Shown here one piece after another: positions 21,234 through 29,830 of a stretch of 64,000 bases of DNA. The translations under genes and the position numbers were made by a program. Source of the stretch: Eubacteriales bacterium (GTDB lineage Bacteria; Bacillota; Clostridia; Oscillospirales; CAG-272); NCBI GenBank assembly GCA_045635885.1, contig JAZTWO010000077.1, positions 10,080 to 74,079 of the forward strand, written 5' to 3'. The notes under the pieces were generated by a model that made no database searches, was not told where the DNA came from, and saw only the letters and a list, made by a program, of their open reading frames with translations. The first letter of the stretch is position 1, and each line of letters starts with the position of its first letter.

Positions 21234-21752
21234 ATGAAATACATAAAAATAATGGCTTTGTATTTTGCTTGGATCTTTGTGTTGGTATCTTGTAATAGTC
21301 CAACAAAAGAGTCAAGAAATACTGGGATTTTAGCTAATAATGAAGTTGTTTCGTCCATCAAACAGGAGATTGCGGATAGAGAAAATTTGCTGCTTGCAAA
21401 CAAGGATGACGTTTTTTGGTCTCCTTCGGGAACGATTTGGCATGCGAGTTATGAATGCTCTTATCTTGCAAATTCAAAAATAATATATCACGGAACTGTT
21501 GAAGAAGCAAAGCTTGAGGGAAAAGAAAGGTTTTGCGAAAGATGTGCGGGTGAAGACAACAACGCAATTTATGAAAAGCTTGCGCAAAATGAAATTAAAA
21601 GTGGCGACGTGTTTTTTACCAAGGATGGCGACACTTGGCACAAGGATTTGAATTGTGAGAAAATCTTAGGATCGCAAAAAATATACTATGCTTCACTTGA
21701 GATTGCAAAATCTCTTGGCAAAGTACATTCTTGCGAAAACTGTGATAAATAA
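21234..21752 (+). CDS. Lipoprotein with two His/Cys (H-x4-C...CxxC) putative Zn-binding repeats
   Basis: LVSC lipobox; VFWSPSGTIWH..C..L...CERC and VFFTKDGDTWH..C..I...CENC. Confidence 0.7.
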   Translation: MKYIKIMALYFAWIFVLVSCNSPTKESRNTGILANNEVVSSIKQEIADRENLLLANKDDVFWSPSGTIWHASYECSYLANSKIIYHGTVEEAKLEGKERFCERCAGEDNNAIYEKLAQNEIKSGDVFFTKDGDTWHKDLNCEKILGSQKIYYASLEIAKSLGKVHSCENCDK

Positions 21753-21772
21753 ATATCGGTTGGAGGGGTAAT

Positions 21773-22276
21773 ATGACTATTAGACTTGCTGAAAAAAAGG
21801 ATATTGACAGAATAATGCAGATAATTGCAGACGCAAGAGAAAGCATTGGGCGACTTGGTATTGACCAGTGGCAATATGGCTATCCCACAAGGGATATTGT
21901 TAAAGAGGATATTTTGCTTGAAAGAAGCTTTGTTGTTGTTGAAAATGATGAAATTTGCGCAACTTTTGCGCTTATGCTTCACGGAGAGCCAACATATAAA
22001 AAAATTTATTGCGGTGCGTGGATTTCGGATGGTGAATACCTTGCGTTACATAGAATTGCAATTGATAGCAACCATCGTAGAAGAGGAATTGCAGAGAAGA
22101 TAATTGCGTTCCTTTCTGAATTTGGCGTAGAAAACGGATATTCAAGTGTTAGAGTTGACACGCATGAGGGTAATATCCCCATGAGAAAGATGCTTGAAAA
22201 GAACGGTTTTGAATATTGTGGAGCAATCCATTTGCTTGACGGTCAACCCCGAGTGGCTTATGAAAAATTGATATAA
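21773..22276 (+). CDS. GNAT family N-acetyltransferase
   Basis: LHRIAI...RRRGIA, RVDTHEGNIPM, KNGFEYCG. Confidence 0.9.
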   Translation: MTIRLAEKKDIDRIMQIIADARESIGRLGIDQWQYGYPTRDIVKEDILLERSFVVVENDEICATFALMLHGEPTYKKIYCGAWISDGEYLALHRIAIDSNHRRRGIAEKIIAFLSEFGVENGYSSVRVDTHEGNIPMRKMLEKNGFEYCGAIHLLDGQPRVAYEKLI

Positions 22277-22284
22277 GGTAAATT

Positions 22285-22752
22285 ATGGCAGATAAAAATT
22301 CGATTAAAATAATAGCGCAAAATAAAAAGGCATATCACGATTATTTTGTGGAGGAAAAGTATGAGGCGGGCGTTGAGCTTTTTGGCACGGAGGTTAAGAG
22401 CATTCGTGCAGGCAAGGTGAACGTTAAAGAGTCATATTGCGACATCAAAGACGGTGAGGTTTTTGTTGTTGGCATGCACATAAGCCCCTATGAGCAGGGA
22501 AACGTGTTTAACAAGGACCCCTTACGTCCCAAAAAACTCCTTTTGCACAAAAGGGAAATTTTAAAGCTTTTTGGTCTTGTTTCTCAAAAGGGATACACGC
22601 TTGTGCCTTTGCAGGTTTATCTTAAAAACTCAAGAGTTAAGATAGAAATTGGACTTTGTCGAGGTAAAAAGCTCTATGACAAGAGAGATGATATGGCTAG
22701 AAATGACGCAAAACGTGATATGGAGCGTGCGTTTAAATCACATAACGATTAA
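22285..22752 (+). CDS. smpB: SsrA-binding protein
   Basis: [33 protein letters not shown]. Confidence 0.98.
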   Translation: MADKNSIKIIAQNKKAYHDYFVEEKYEAGVELFGTEVKSIRAGKVNVKESYCDIKDGEVFVVGMHISPYEQGNVFNKDPLRPKKLLLHKREILKLFGLVSQKGYTLVPLQVYLKNSRVKIEIGLCRGKKLYDKRDDMARNDAKRDMERAFKSHND

Positions 22753-22764
22753 GGTAGGAAAAAT

Positions 22765-24258
22765 ATGAATATCAGTTTTGATAATGAAAAATATATTGAC
22801 CTTCAGTCAAAACATATTAAAGACAGAATTGAACAGTTTGGTGGCAAGCTTTATCTTGAATTTGGTGGCAAGCTTTTTGATGATTATCACGCATCCCGTG
22901 TGCTTCCCGGTTTTATGCCCGATTCTAAGCTTCAAATGCTTCTTCAACTTAAGGATAGAGCCGAAATTGTTATTGTTGTAAACACTGACGATATTGAAAA
23001 AAATAAAATTCGTGGTGACCTTGGTATCACATATGACCTTGACGTGCTTCGCCTTATTGATGCATTCAGAGGCGTTGGACTTTTTGTGGGAAGCGTGGTG
23101 CTTACTAGATTTGAGTCCGCTCACCCGGCGGTTGCCAAGTTTGAACGCAAATTGCGTGAGCAGGGCATAAAGATTTATCATCACTATACCATTGTGGGAT
23201 ATCCATCTAACATTGAAAAAATTGTTAGTGATGAGGGATTTGGCAAAAATGAGTATATCGAAACAGAAAAGGAACTTATTATTGTTACAGGTCCCGGTCC
23301 CGGAAGTGGAAAGATGGCGGTTTGTCTTTCTCAACTTTACAATGATAACAAAAAGGGAATTAAGGCGGGATATGCGAAGTTTGAGACCTTCCCGATTTGG
23401 AACAAGCCCCTTCGCCATCCAGTTAATCTTGCTTATGAGGCGGCAACTGCCGATCTTAATGATGTGAATATGATTGACCCATATCACCTTGAAAAATATG
23501 GTGAGATGGCGGTGAACTATAACCGTGACGTTGAAATTTTTCCCGTGCTTGATGCGATTTTTAAGGGGATTTACGACGGAAATTCGCCCTATTATTCTCC
23601 CACGGATATGGGTGTGAATATGGTTGGTAACTGTATTGTTAATGACGAGGAAGTGTGCGAGGCGTCAAAACGTGAAATTGTTCGTCGTTATTATGACGCA
23701 CTTTGTGCTTGTCGTGATGATGATACTGAAAGAAACAGAACTGCCGTTCAAAAAACTGAACTTTTGATGCAACAGGCGGGTATTTCAAAGAATTATAGAA
23801 AAGTTGTTGAAGCTGCAAAGCAAAAGAGCGAGGAAACAGGTGTTCCTGCGGCAGCAATTGAGCTTAATGATGGTCGAATTATTACAGGTAAGTCAACCGA
23901 TTTGCTTGAAAGCGTTTCTGCAATGCTTCTTAATGCACTCAAATCAATTACGGGCATTCCTGATGAAATTCATTTGTTAGCACCAGAGGTTATTGAACCT
24001 GTTCAAAAGCTCAAATGCAAGTATCTTTCAAGAACATATAAAAAGTTGAACGTTAACGAGATTTTGATTGCGCTTTCGATTTCTGCGCACACATCCGCAA
24101 CAGCGGCGCATGTTCTTAAGCATCTTCCAAAGCTTGCGGGATGCGACATTCATTCCACGGTAATGCTCTCAAGCGCGGACGTTGAAGTTCTTAAAAAGCT
24201 TGGACTTAACGTTACTTGTGAGCCACAGTATCAGATTAAAGAATTATTTATTGGATAA
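22765..24258 (+). CDS. DUF1846 (UPF0371) family protein
   Basis: KLYLEFGGKLFDDYHASRVLPGF, GPGSGKMA, YAKFETFP. Confidence 0.88.
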   Translation: MNISFDNEKYIDLQSKHIKDRIEQFGGKLYLEFGGKLFDDYHASRVLPGFMPDSKLQMLLQLKDRAEIVIVVNTDDIEKNKIRGDLGITYDLDVLRLIDAFRGVGLFVGSVVLTRFESAHPAVAKFERKLREQGIKIYHHYTIVGYPSNIEKIVSDEGFGKNEYIETEKELIIVTGPGPGSGKMAVCLSQLYNDNKKGIKAGYAKFETFPIWNKPLRHPVNLAYEAATADLNDVNMIDPYHLEKYGEMAVNYNRDVEIFPVLDAIFKGIYDGNSPYYSPTDMGVNMVGNCIVNDEEVCEASKREIVRRYYDALCACRDDDTERNRTAVQKTELLMQQAGISKNYRKVVEAAKQKSEETGVPAAAIELNDGRIITGKSTDLLESVSAMLLNALKSITGIPDEIHLLAPEVIEPVQKLKCKYLSRTYKKLNVNEILIALSISAHTSATAAHVLKHLPKLAGCDIHSTVMLSSADVEVLKKLGLNVTCEPQYQIKELFIG

Positions 24259-24260
24259 TA

Positions 24261-24288
24261 AAAAAGCGAGTTGTTCAACTCGCTTTTT
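24261..24288. terminator. Bidirectional intrinsic terminator
   Basis: AAAAAGCGAGTTG/CAACTCGCTTTTT between convergent genes. Confidence 0.85.
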
Positions 24289-24289
24289 G

Positions 24290-25486
24290 TTATGAAACAA
24301 GGTAATAGATTTGTTGTAACTCGTTTGCGTCCCACAAAACAGGAACGGGATAAAGTGGATTTGCCTCTTTATCGGCAAGGGAAGCCATTGACGGTATGTC
24401 TGAAACGCAAATGCAATCGAATTTTTCGGGGATTTGCATATCGTGGTTCATTTTTTCAACGTGTGAAATGAAAATTTCTGCCGCATCTTTGTCAGAAACG
24501 GTGTTTTCGACAAGTCCAATCGCTCTTGAAAGCTCTGCAAGAGGTGTAATTGCACCATCACCGTAGGCACGAAGAACTTTTGGCAACAAAATTGCATTTG
24601 CAAGTCCGTGTGCAACCCCGTATTTGCCGCCAAGCGTATGGGCAACTGCGTGAACGTAACCTACGTAGCTTTTTGTGAAGGCAGTTCCTGCAAGATATGA
24701 TGCGTGGAGCATATTTTTGCGTGCTTCGATATCTGCACCGTTTTCATAGACTTTTGGAAGATTTTCAAAAATCAACTTGACCGCTTTTTCGGATGCTAAT
24801 TTAGTGTCCTTGGTGCGAGATTTTCCAATGTAAGCTTCAACTGCGTGGGTGAGTGCGTCCATACCTGTGGTTGCGCTTAAGTGGGGGGACAATCCAACTG
24901 TAACCTCGGGGTCAAGAAAAACGTATTTGGGAATGAGGCAAAAATCGTTGATAACGTATTTATGGTGCGTTTTTGCATCAACTATGACGGATGCGACCGT
25001 TGTTTCACTACCCGTGCCTGCGGTGGTTGGAATGGCTATGAGTAAGGGAAGGCGACGTCTTACCTTAATCAAGCCCTGCATCTTTTTAAGGGGCTTTTTC
25101 GGGCGGACGATTCTTGCGCCAACCGCCTTTGCGCAGTCCATTGGAGAGCCGCCGCCAAAGGCAATTATTGCCTGACAATCGTTTTCAACGTACAAATCCT
25201 TCGCTTCTTCCACATTGTCGGATGTGGGGTTGGGGAGGGTTTTGTTATATACAACACATTTGATGCCTTGACTTTCAATCATGTTTTCCAAGGGGGAGGT
25301 CATTCCAAGCGAATGAATGGTTCTTCCTGTTACAAGCATTACTTTTTCTATGGAATTTGTCTTTAACACCTCGAGGACGCCTTCAAGATTGGGTATCAAT
25401 TTTGGTTCACGATAGGGCATGAACGGAATTGCCAAGCGCATAACTTTATTGAACGTTCTGTGATATATTTTTCTGAATGTTTTCAT
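24290..25486 (-). CDS. Iron-containing alcohol dehydrogenase
   Basis: GGGSPMDCAK, PTTAGTGSE, DALTHAVE, HAVAH, HGLAN. Confidence 0.94.
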   Translation of the reverse strand: MKTFRKIYHRTFNKVMRLAIPFMPYREPKLIPNLEGVLEVLKTNSIEKVMLVTGRTIHSLGMTSPLENMIESQGIKCVVYNKTLPNPTSDNVEEAKDLYVENDCQAIIAFGGGSPMDCAKAVGARIVRPKKPLKKMQGLIKVRRRLPLLIAIPTTAGTGSETTVASVIVDAKTHHKYVINDFCLIPKYVFLDPEVTVGLSPHLSATTGMDALTHAVEAYIGKSRTKDTKLASEKAVKLIFENLPKVYENGADIEARKNMLHASYLAGTAFTKSYVGYVHAVAHTLGGKYGVAHGLANAILLPKVLRAYGDGAITPLAELSRAIGLVENTVSDKDAAEIFISHVEKMNHDMQIPEKFDCICVSDIPSMASLADKEANPLYPVPVLWDANELQQIYYLVS

Positions 25487-25516
25487 AAAAACTCCTGTAA
25501 TTTAATTGACGTGAAG

Positions 25517-25601
25517 ATTATACCATAATTGATGGGAAATTGCAAGGGGGGAATGAGGGGTGTTTAAAGGGCTTGACAATTTGATAGCGTGGTGGTAAAA
25601 T
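25517..25601. promoter_or_regulatory. Divergent SigA promoters (adh and solute-binding protein)
   Basis: Minus: TTGCAA-17-TATAAT (25545-25517); plus: TTGACA-17-TAAAAT (25573-25601). Confidence 0.75.
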
Positions 25602-25644
25602 TAAGGTATAAATGCTGACGGGCTGACGTGAAAGGAAAATTTAT

Positions 25645-28437
25645 ATGAAAAAGATTTTATTGTTATTGTTATTCATTGTAACTTTATTTGCTTTTACATC
25701 CTGCGATTCCGTTCATATTCATAACCTTACAAGTATGGTTGCTTTGGAGCCAACTTGCGCAACAGAGGGAACGTCTTATATGGTATGTACAGAGTGCGGA
25801 GAGGTTGCAAGCACTATTACACTTCCTAAAACTAACGACCATACCCCTGAAATTATTCCTGCGGTTGAGCCGACTTGCTCAAGCACAGGACATACAGAAG
25901 GCAAGAAGTGTTTAATTTGTAATCTTATTATTGTTAAACCAGATACCGTAGAAAAGCTTTCTCATGATTTTGGTGAATGGCAAACTGTTAAAGAACCTAC
26001 AACAACTCAAGAAGGTTTGCAAGAAAGATATTGTGCATGCGGAGCAACAGAAGTCCGTACTATTACATACGGAAATTACACTTACAACGCTTATATGCTT
26101 GAATTTCCGTTAACATGGAATCCTCACAACTATGAAATGGAATCTGCAAAAGAAATCCTTAATTATACAACAGTTGGTTTCTACACATTCGATTACAACG
26201 AAGATAAAACGGGGTTCGTTATCGTTCCCGAAATGGCAGCTCAGATGCCTATCGACGTAACTGCTGATTACGTTGGTGATAGATGGGGAATTGGTGAAAC
26301 CGAAACTGCGAGAGCTTGGAAGATAGTTCTTCGTGACGACCTTAACTGGGAAGACGGCACACCCATCACAGCTTATGATTTCATCGAATCCGCTAAGAGA
26401 TTACTTTCTTACGGATCAAACGTTGATTCTTTTTACTTGGGCGATATGAAAGTTGTTGGTGCAAAGTATTACCACTATTTTAGCGCTTCTATTATCGCTC
26501 CTGCTAATGATTTATACAAGACATACTCTACAGATCTTGATGATTATCTCATTTTCTCGCTTGAAGCTCCCAATGAAGATAATGACTATGCTGAATGTGC
26601 AATGAGAACAATGATGGGCTTCCCTAATTCTTACAACGCAGCAGCTTGTGCAAACTACCTTATTAGTAACTACCTTGCTGGAACAGCATTCACAGCAGAA
26701 GCAGCAGCTCAGATGGAAGGCATGACTCTTGCTGATATCAAGGCAAATGACAAATTGGCGGCGGCATGGACAGATCTTATCAGTTTGTGGCCTATAGATC
26801 CCAATGAAGAGCTTTACTTCTTATTGACAAATAGTGTATATAAATCAGTTGAATGGGATTCTGTTGGTCTTCTTGCTCTCTCTAATACGGAAATCGTTAT
26901 TATTCTTGAAGAAGCTCTTTCCGGTTATGATCTTAACTATTCACTTACAGGAAACTTCGGTCTTGTTTACATTCCTACTTATGATGCTTGTGCGTCTGTT
27001 GACTCAAACGGAGATTACATAAATACATATGGAACATCCGTGGTGACACACATGAGCTTCGGTCCTTACAAGCTTACATACTATGAGTACAATAAACTGA
27101 TCGTTCTTGAAACTAACCCCTATTGGTACGGTTACTATGATTCGGATCGTGCAGGTCAGTATCAGACAACAAAAATTGTTTATGACTGGTATGCTGACTC
27201 CGAAGCAGCTATGGACGCATTCCTTCAGGGTAAGCTTGACTATATGGATCTTGGCGATAGTGATATTCCTCAGTACATAGGTTCTGACCGTATATACTAC
27301 ACAGACGGTGCTTCCACATGGTTCATCGTTCTTAATCCCAACGAACTCGCTTTTGCTAAATGGGAAGCTAACAATCCCGGTTATGATAAGTCCATCATGA
27401 CAATTAAGGAATTTCGTATGGCTCTTTCATTCTCACTTGACAGACAGGGCTTTATAAATACAGTTGACCCTGCAGGTTCTGTCGCTTTGGGTTTGTTCAA
27501 TAATGGAATCTGCTCTGGTTATGAGCTTGGTACTATGTACCGTGAAGAAGAAGCTGCCAAGGATACACTCCTTGCTTACTGGGGCATTTCTCAAGACCAA
27601 ATTGGTCCCGGAAAACAGTATGCAACAAAGGACGAAGCTATTGCTTCTATCACAGGTTACAACCTTGCAGGTGCTAAGGTATTATTCAATCAGGCATATG
27701 ATAAGGTTATAGAAGCCGGCCTCTATGACGGTCAGGAAAAGATCCTCATCAACATTGGTACACCTAACAACACATCTAAGTTCTACACACGTGGTTACAC
27801 ATTCCTTGTAAACTGTTGGACAGAAGCGGTTAGGGGAACAAAGCTTGAAGGCAAGCTTGAATTCACAAACGACTCTACTCTTGGCGATGGATTCTCCGAT
27901 GCTCTTAGGACTAACGCAGTTGATATGCTCTTCGGAATAGGTTGGAGTGGTTCTCAGTTTAACCCTTACAGTCTTATTAATGCATACACAGAAGATGGCT
28001 ACCATTATGACACTGCATGGGATACATCTGCTGAAATGATGGATTTTGTAGCAGACAATGGTACAACTTACAGAGCATCCGTTCTTAAATGGTCTTACTC
28101 ACTCAAAGGTGAAGTGATCGAAGTTCAGGTGGTTGGTGCTAACGGTAAGGTAACCGGTGACGTTGAATACTTCTCTTGTGGTTCTGAAGACGGAAAGCCA
28201 GAAGAAAGAGTTCGCCTTCTTGCTGCAGTTGAACAGAGAGTTCTTGAACAGTGTAACGTGATTCCCACACATAACCAGTCTTCTGCTTCTCTTCTTGGTA
28301 ATCAGGTGGAATATGCCAAGCAGGAATACGTTTATGGTATTGATCGTGGTGGTATCCAGTACATGACATATAACTACACGGACGAAGAATGGGAGACATA
28401 CGTTGCTGAACAGGGTGGCGTTATTTCGTATAAATAA
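25645..28437 (+). CDS. Family-5 (OppA-like) solute-binding lipoprotein with N-terminal Cys/His repeats
   Basis: FTSC lipobox; EPTC...G....C..C repeats; LRDDLNWEDGTPITAYDF, GPYKL, LETNPYWYG, EFRMALSFSLDR. Confidence 0.85.
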   Translation: MKKILLLLLFIVTLFAFTSCDSVHIHNLTSMVALEPTCATEGTSYMVCTECGEVASTITLPKTNDHTPEIIPAVEPTCSSTGHTEGKKCLICNLIIVKPDTVEKLSHDFGEWQTVKEPTTTQEGLQERYCACGATEVRTITYGNYTYNAYMLEFPLTWNPHNYEMESAKEILNYTTVGFYTFDYNEDKTGFVIVPEMAAQMPIDVTADYVGDRWGIGETETARAWKIVLRDDLNWEDGTPITAYDFIESAKRLLSYGSNVDSFYLGDMKVVGAKYYHYFSASIIAPANDLYKTYSTDLDDYLIFSLEAPNEDNDYAECAMRTMMGFPNSYNAAACANYLISNYLAGTAFTAEAAAQMEGMTLADIKANDKLAAAWTDLISLWPIDPNEELYFLLTNSVYKSVEWDSVGLLALSNTEIVIILEEALSGYDLNYSLTGNFGLVYIPTYDACASVDSNGDYINTYGTSVVTHMSFGPYKLTYYEYNKLIVLETNPYWYGYYDSDRAGQYQTTKIVYDWYADSEAAMDAFLQGKLDYMDLGDSDIPQYIGSDRIYYTDGASTWFIVLNPNELAFAKWEANNPGYDKSIMTIKEFRMALSFSLDRQGFINTVDPAGSVALGLFNNGICSGYELGTMYREEEAAKDTLLAYWGISQDQIGPGKQYATKDEAIASITGYNLAGAKVLFNQAYDKVIEAGLYDGQEKILINIGTPNNTSKFYTRGYTFLVNCWTEAVRGTKLEGKLEFTNDSTLGDGFSDALRTNAVDMLFGIGWSGSQFNPYSLINAYTEDGYHYDTAWDTSAEMMDFVADNGTTYRASVLKWSYSLKGEVIEVQVVGANGKVTGDVEYFSCGSEDGKPEERVRLLAAVEQRVLEQCNVIPTHNQSSASLLGNQVEYAKQEYVYGIDRGGIQYMTYNYTDEEWETYVAEQGGVISYK

Positions 28438-28470
28438 TTAATTGGTTTAGTTTTTTTAGCCAGAACAAAC

Positions 28471-28633
28471 AGAACACCGACATAGCTAAGTTGTGCTTAG
28501 CTAAGTCGGTGTTCTTTGTAATTTCCCTCGCTACGAGAGATTGAATGGTAGACCCGACGCGTAACCATTCATTTTCTCGGAAAATGATATATAGATTATC
28601 CCCCTCTTTTTGCTTTTTCAGAAAGAGGGAGAT
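28471..28633. terminator. Cluster of three hairpins between convergent genes
   Basis: Stems at 28471-28515, 28534-28579 and 28598-28633. Confidence 0.6.
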
Positions 28634-28636
28634 GTT

Positions 28637-29506
28637 TTATTGTTGATGTGTTTTTCTGTATGCAGTTGGTGAAATTCCATTTTTCTTTTTGAAAATAGCA
28701 GAGAAGTGATATTCATCTACAAAGCACAGAGAATCACTGATTTCTTTTATACTTAATCTCGTTTTAGTCAGTAAGTTTTTGGATATTGCAATTCTATGGT
28801 TAAGCAAATACTGATAGGGTGTAGTATCGAAATACTTTTTGAATTCACGGCTTATCTGTGACTTTGACAAATGGATCTCGTCATATAAATCCTGCATAGA
28901 CACTTTTCTGTAAATTGCTTGGTCGAGCAATTCCTTTGTTTTAATGGCGGTAGGAGAAACCTTTTGCTTTTCATCGTTTTCTACCAATCGTAGAATAATT
29001 TTGAAAATGATTTCAGATGCTTTTAAATATACTTCTTCATTGTCGTTATATTTTATAGCCAAATCCAATAATTCATTAAAGAATTCCTTGCAGTTAGTAT
29101 TCTTAAATACTACTCGCCCCGATAGACCGTAAGCGCTGATAATATCCGTGAAAACACCGCCAAAAAAGTTTACCCAAATTTTTTCATAAGGATCATTAGG
29201 GTCTGCTCCGTAACGATGTTTTGAACCAAGATGAATTAAATAAACGTCGTTTTCTTCAACTGTATATTTTTTGTCGTCGCATATGATAAATCCTTTGCCC
29301 TTGCTGATGTATTCAAGAACGAAATAGTCTGAGTGTTGTCTTTCAATGAAATACTTTTTGTTGGGGTGGGTAATTCCAATTGCTTCAATTCTAACGGGGT
29401 ATTCCTTGGAATCGTCATATGTAAAATAGTTTAATTCTTCAAAGCTCGTGTCACCGTAAGTAATATTTTTCTTTGGGTCATAGTTTGTTTTTGCAATTTG
29501 TAACAT
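28637..29506 (-). CDS. AraC family transcriptional regulator
   Basis: N-terminal cupin-like domain (LEYISKGKG, H.YGADP); C-terminal double HTH (LSIKEIS..LCF.DEYHFS..FKK..GISP..YR). Confidence 0.94.
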   Translation of the reverse strand: MLQIAKTNYDPKKNITYGDTSFEELNYFTYDDSKEYPVRIEAIGITHPNKKYFIERQHSDYFVLEYISKGKGFIICDDKKYTVEENDVYLIHLGSKHRYGADPNDPYEKIWVNFFGGVFTDIISAYGLSGRVVFKNTNCKEFFNELLDLAIKYNDNEEVYLKASEIIFKIILRLVENDEKQKVSPTAIKTKELLDQAIYRKVSMQDLYDEIHLSKSQISREFKKYFDTTPYQYLLNHRIAISKNLLTKTRLSIKEISDSLCFVDEYHFSAIFKKKNGISPTAYRKTHQQ

Positions 29507-29531
29507 ATTTTCACCTACCTTGCTTTTAATA

Positions 29532-29666
29532 CTACTAATTCACATCTTTTTGATTAATTTTATAGTATTTTTGCTTGTTTTTGTTATTATAACACAAATT
29601 TGCGGATTTGTCAAAGGTTTGATAGGCATTTTTGCTCTTATTATGCTACTAATATACATCTTTTTG
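29532..29666. promoter_or_regulatory. Pair of 21-bp direct repeats (candidate AraC operators) around the araC promoter
   Basis: CTACTAATTCACATCTTTTTG (29532-29552) and CTACTAATATACATCTTTTTG (29646-29666); perfect TTGACA-17-TATAAT on minus at 29614-29586. Confidence 0.7.
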
Positions 29667-29830
29667 CCGATTTTGAGCATTTATTGATTATACTTTTTTT
29701 ACTATAATATAATTGTAGATAAAATTATTCGTCAATATCACATTTTTTTGTGCATATTTCACAAATAATTAATCTTTATTATGTTAATTTATCCATATTA
29801 AAATTAACAACAAAAAGGAGAAAGAAATTT

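Noticed and set aside
29750..29830. Upstream start extensions in the ORF track (also 45846, 50499, 58996, 59839)
   Set aside because: For most, a downstream ATG has a clear RBS and gives a better N-terminus; the rlmA-like start remains uncertain
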